This document shows, in pieces, positions 61,701 to 64,000 of a stretch of 64,000 nt of DNA. How positions within the stretch are numbered: the stretch's first letter is position 1; every line of letters starts with the position of its first letter. Both the position numbers and the translations under genes were made by a program. The stretch comes from Tubulanus polymorphus (Eukaryota; Animalia; Nemertea), in contig NC_134029.1 in assembly GCF_964204645.1 (NCBI RefSeq), positions 2,480,001 through 2,544,000 of the forward strand, written 5' to 3'. The notes below the pieces were generated by a model, which did not search any database, was not told the DNA's origin, and saw nothing but the letters and a program-made list of their open reading frames with translations.

Positions 61701-61787
61701 AAATATTGTTCGTTTTTCTCGTTTCAGAACAAGAACCTCGTAGTGAACAACGCGCAAGTTGAGAATATCGGTGACTTAGATTTATAA
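55758..61787 (+). CDS. SNX27: Sorting nexin 27 (PDZ-PX-FERM-like), multi-exon
   Basis: [61 protein letters not shown]; [38 protein letters not shown]; FERM-like [40 protein letters not shown] and [12 protein letters not shown]. The last two exons (60661-60717, 61728-61787) are inferred from splice sites and phase. Confidence 0.95.
56532..56803. repeat. Intronic 36-37 bp minisatellite
   Basis: aatagactctgggtatgaaatggttaaacaatgggct, about 6-7 copies. Confidence 0.92.
60456..60646. mobile_element. Short palindromic Penelope-like insertion with 13 bp TSD (same family as 52388)
   Basis: TSD taccggtatggat at 60456-60468 and 60634-60646. Same tail tagaacaataaccacactcaaatgtggtgaacgga and inverted taataagataaaatcccactatttacagattaaaa arms; contains gacacgacgtttcgac. 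Confidence 0.72.
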
Positions 61788-63322
61788 AACGATCAGTTAA
61801 CTGAGATTGTAATCAATCTGCACTGAAAATGAAAACGTCGTTCTGTAATGTTTATTAAATGTTTTATTTCCTCGTTCCTCGCTGAAATCACACGTTCTAT
61901 TCGTACAATTCAACAATGAGTTTTTCTAGCTTTATTCGCTTTATTTTCTTGTTTAGATTTGATTTAAGTTGATCCAAACCAGCAGCGTGCGTCGTCTTGT
62001 CTCTAGTTTGTTGAATCCCTTTCACCTTAAAAAAAAACAAGTGTGTTTTCAGACATTCCTCGAACATTAATGGACTCATCCATTCATTGCGTATGCATAA
62101 GGAGGGCTGAGGCAATGTAACGACTACCGCCCTCCTATAGCCATGACAGCTGAGTTCCTAATTACCCCAGATCTAAACCAGATTTAACACTTCATTGTTA
62201 TAGAATTAAAATTCCATGCAATTTACAAATATTTATTACTCATTATAATTATATTGAATAGAACAAAATCTTCATTATCAACTGCAAGCCGTTGTTTTAC
62301 TGATTTGCTCTCGTTGTGTTTTGTAAAATTCGTTTCAACGAAATATTTCTATTCCGTTTATTGATTACTATGTGTTATATGCAAATTACGTATGTAAATT
62401 ACGGTAGCTATATTACTTATCATTGTGATTACTATTGTTATTATTATTATTTGTAAAAGATCAATTAAATGATTTGTCATCAGCAGTTGGAATAGATTGA
62501 GTTTCTCTTGATGAAATGTACATAGATTATTCAAAATTGTTCTTGAAACAAATATCAGCGATTTCACAAATTTTGATCTTGAAACTCTTGATACAATCAC
62601 TAAGATAAACAGTGATGAGATTGAATTTCAATGCTGCATCATTTTTGACTGATATCCTCGTGTTAATAATATTTCTAGTCATATTTAGATTACGATAGAT
62701 ATTAAGTAAAGTTAGTGTCATGTATGATTTGAAAAATCACTCTCAAGTTTAGTTTAGATTAGTTTAGTTTAGTGAGAAGGTTGAAATGTGTTCGACGTAA
62801 GGGTTTAAATAGATGAACTGAATTTGTCATCGTTGAAATGAATGCGATTTTAAGAACAGCCGTGTACAGATTCGTTTTTCTTGAATATTCAGTGTTTTGT
62901 TAAATACAGAATTAATAGTAAAATGTTGAAATAAGGAAGAGCTGTTGTTTAAAGTTAACTATAGTTATTTCAACACTTAAAGTAAACATTAAACATTGTA
63001 TACGTGCTGTTACTGGTCAGTCAAGAAATCTATTCTCTAATAATCAGATTATTCATTATTAGCATGAAGTTATTTTAGTAAAGTGCAGTGATTATGGTAT
63101 GTGTGTTGACAAATATGGTCGGTTGTACTACTCTATTTTAATAAGAATAATATGAACAAATTGTTGTACATTGCAATAGTAAAACCATATTGAATAACGA
63201 AGCTATCTGCGTTTTAAGTGGTCTTGTATTTAAGAAAAAATCACTATTTTGTTATGATCATACATCTGTATGTAATAATGAATATATTGTATATAATTTG
63301 CTTCAACAGTACTCCAATAACT

Positions 63323-63526
63323 GGAACAATACCCTGTAGTGAAACAGTACCCTAAAAACTGTGAAACAATACCCTGTAGTGAAACAGTACCCTAAAAACT
63401 GTGAAACAATACCCTGTAGTGAAACAGTACCATAAAAACTGTGAAACAATACCCTGTAGTGAAACAGTACCCTAAAAACTGTGAAACAATACCCTGTAGT
63501 GAAACAGTACCTAATAACTGTGGAAC
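63323..63526. repeat. 40 bp minisatellite
   Basis: gaaacaataccctgtagtgaaacagtaccctaaaaactgt x5. Confidence 0.95.
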
Positions 63527-64000
63527 ATAAGATTGTGTGGCTATCGGGCACTACAAAGAAACTTCACGAAGTCCAACAATTCGTACTGTTTACTATTTTC
63601 TTGCTATCAGATGAAGCCAGGTCCTAGTTCCGTAAAGGTCCAATCTTGAAGTTGTAATTTAGTCCCATTGCTATAATGAATGAGGCTTGTTATATTGAGA
63701 TATTACATTGTATCCACTGTATATTGATTATATTGTACGAGGTTTATATATAAACATACGTTATATATATATATATATAGATATATTTCAGTGTCTTAAT
63801 TTTGGCAGATTTCCTTTACTATGAATGATTCAATATGATGAGAAATCTTCTTGCTAGAATAGTATCATCGAGAAGTGTGTTGTGAATTCACTATACATTT
63901 ACATTTTACGCTTGATGTGTGCATCACTGAAAAATAGCCATTAAACCAAGATATTCATGTTAACTGATGGTAGGTGACTTATTCATTACAATTCCTATTG

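Noticed and set aside
11644-63526. CRISPR-like appearance of several 30-40 bp repeats (46341, 56532, 63323) and longer arrays
   Set aside because: Units are contiguous with no unique spacers, there are no cas genes, and the context is eukaryotic; these are minisatellites.

Overview
Eukaryotic (animal, invertebrate-type) genomic DNA, AT-rich with short GT-AG introns. The first ~19 kb is gene-poor. It holds a probable 5' end of a minus-strand secreted/membrane-protein gene, an RTE-like LINE fragment, satellites, a tRNA-like tandem array and MITEs. From 19.7 kb onward the window is a dense, mostly head-to-head/tail-to-tail housekeeping cluster: SLC25A15(+), MED7(-), MRPS27(+), SYAP1(+, intronless CDS), ELMOD2(-), POLR3K(+), TAF1C(-, intronless CDS), AAGAB(+), a 28-exon B-box/coiled-coil/Tudor/RRM/Tudor/5xCCHC gene(-) and SNX27(+). 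The most striking feature is in intron 13 of the Tudor gene. It contains a same-strand, uninterrupted pogo-family (DD35D) transposase exon with a phase-compatible splice acceptor and its own poly(A) signal. This predicts an alternatively spliced B-box-coiled-coil-Tudor::transposase fusion protein competing with the RNA-binding full-length isoform. SNX27 also appears to end in an SNX17-like Retriever-binding tail. Gene names come from recognised motifs and exon structures were traced by hand; no database search or expression data were available.
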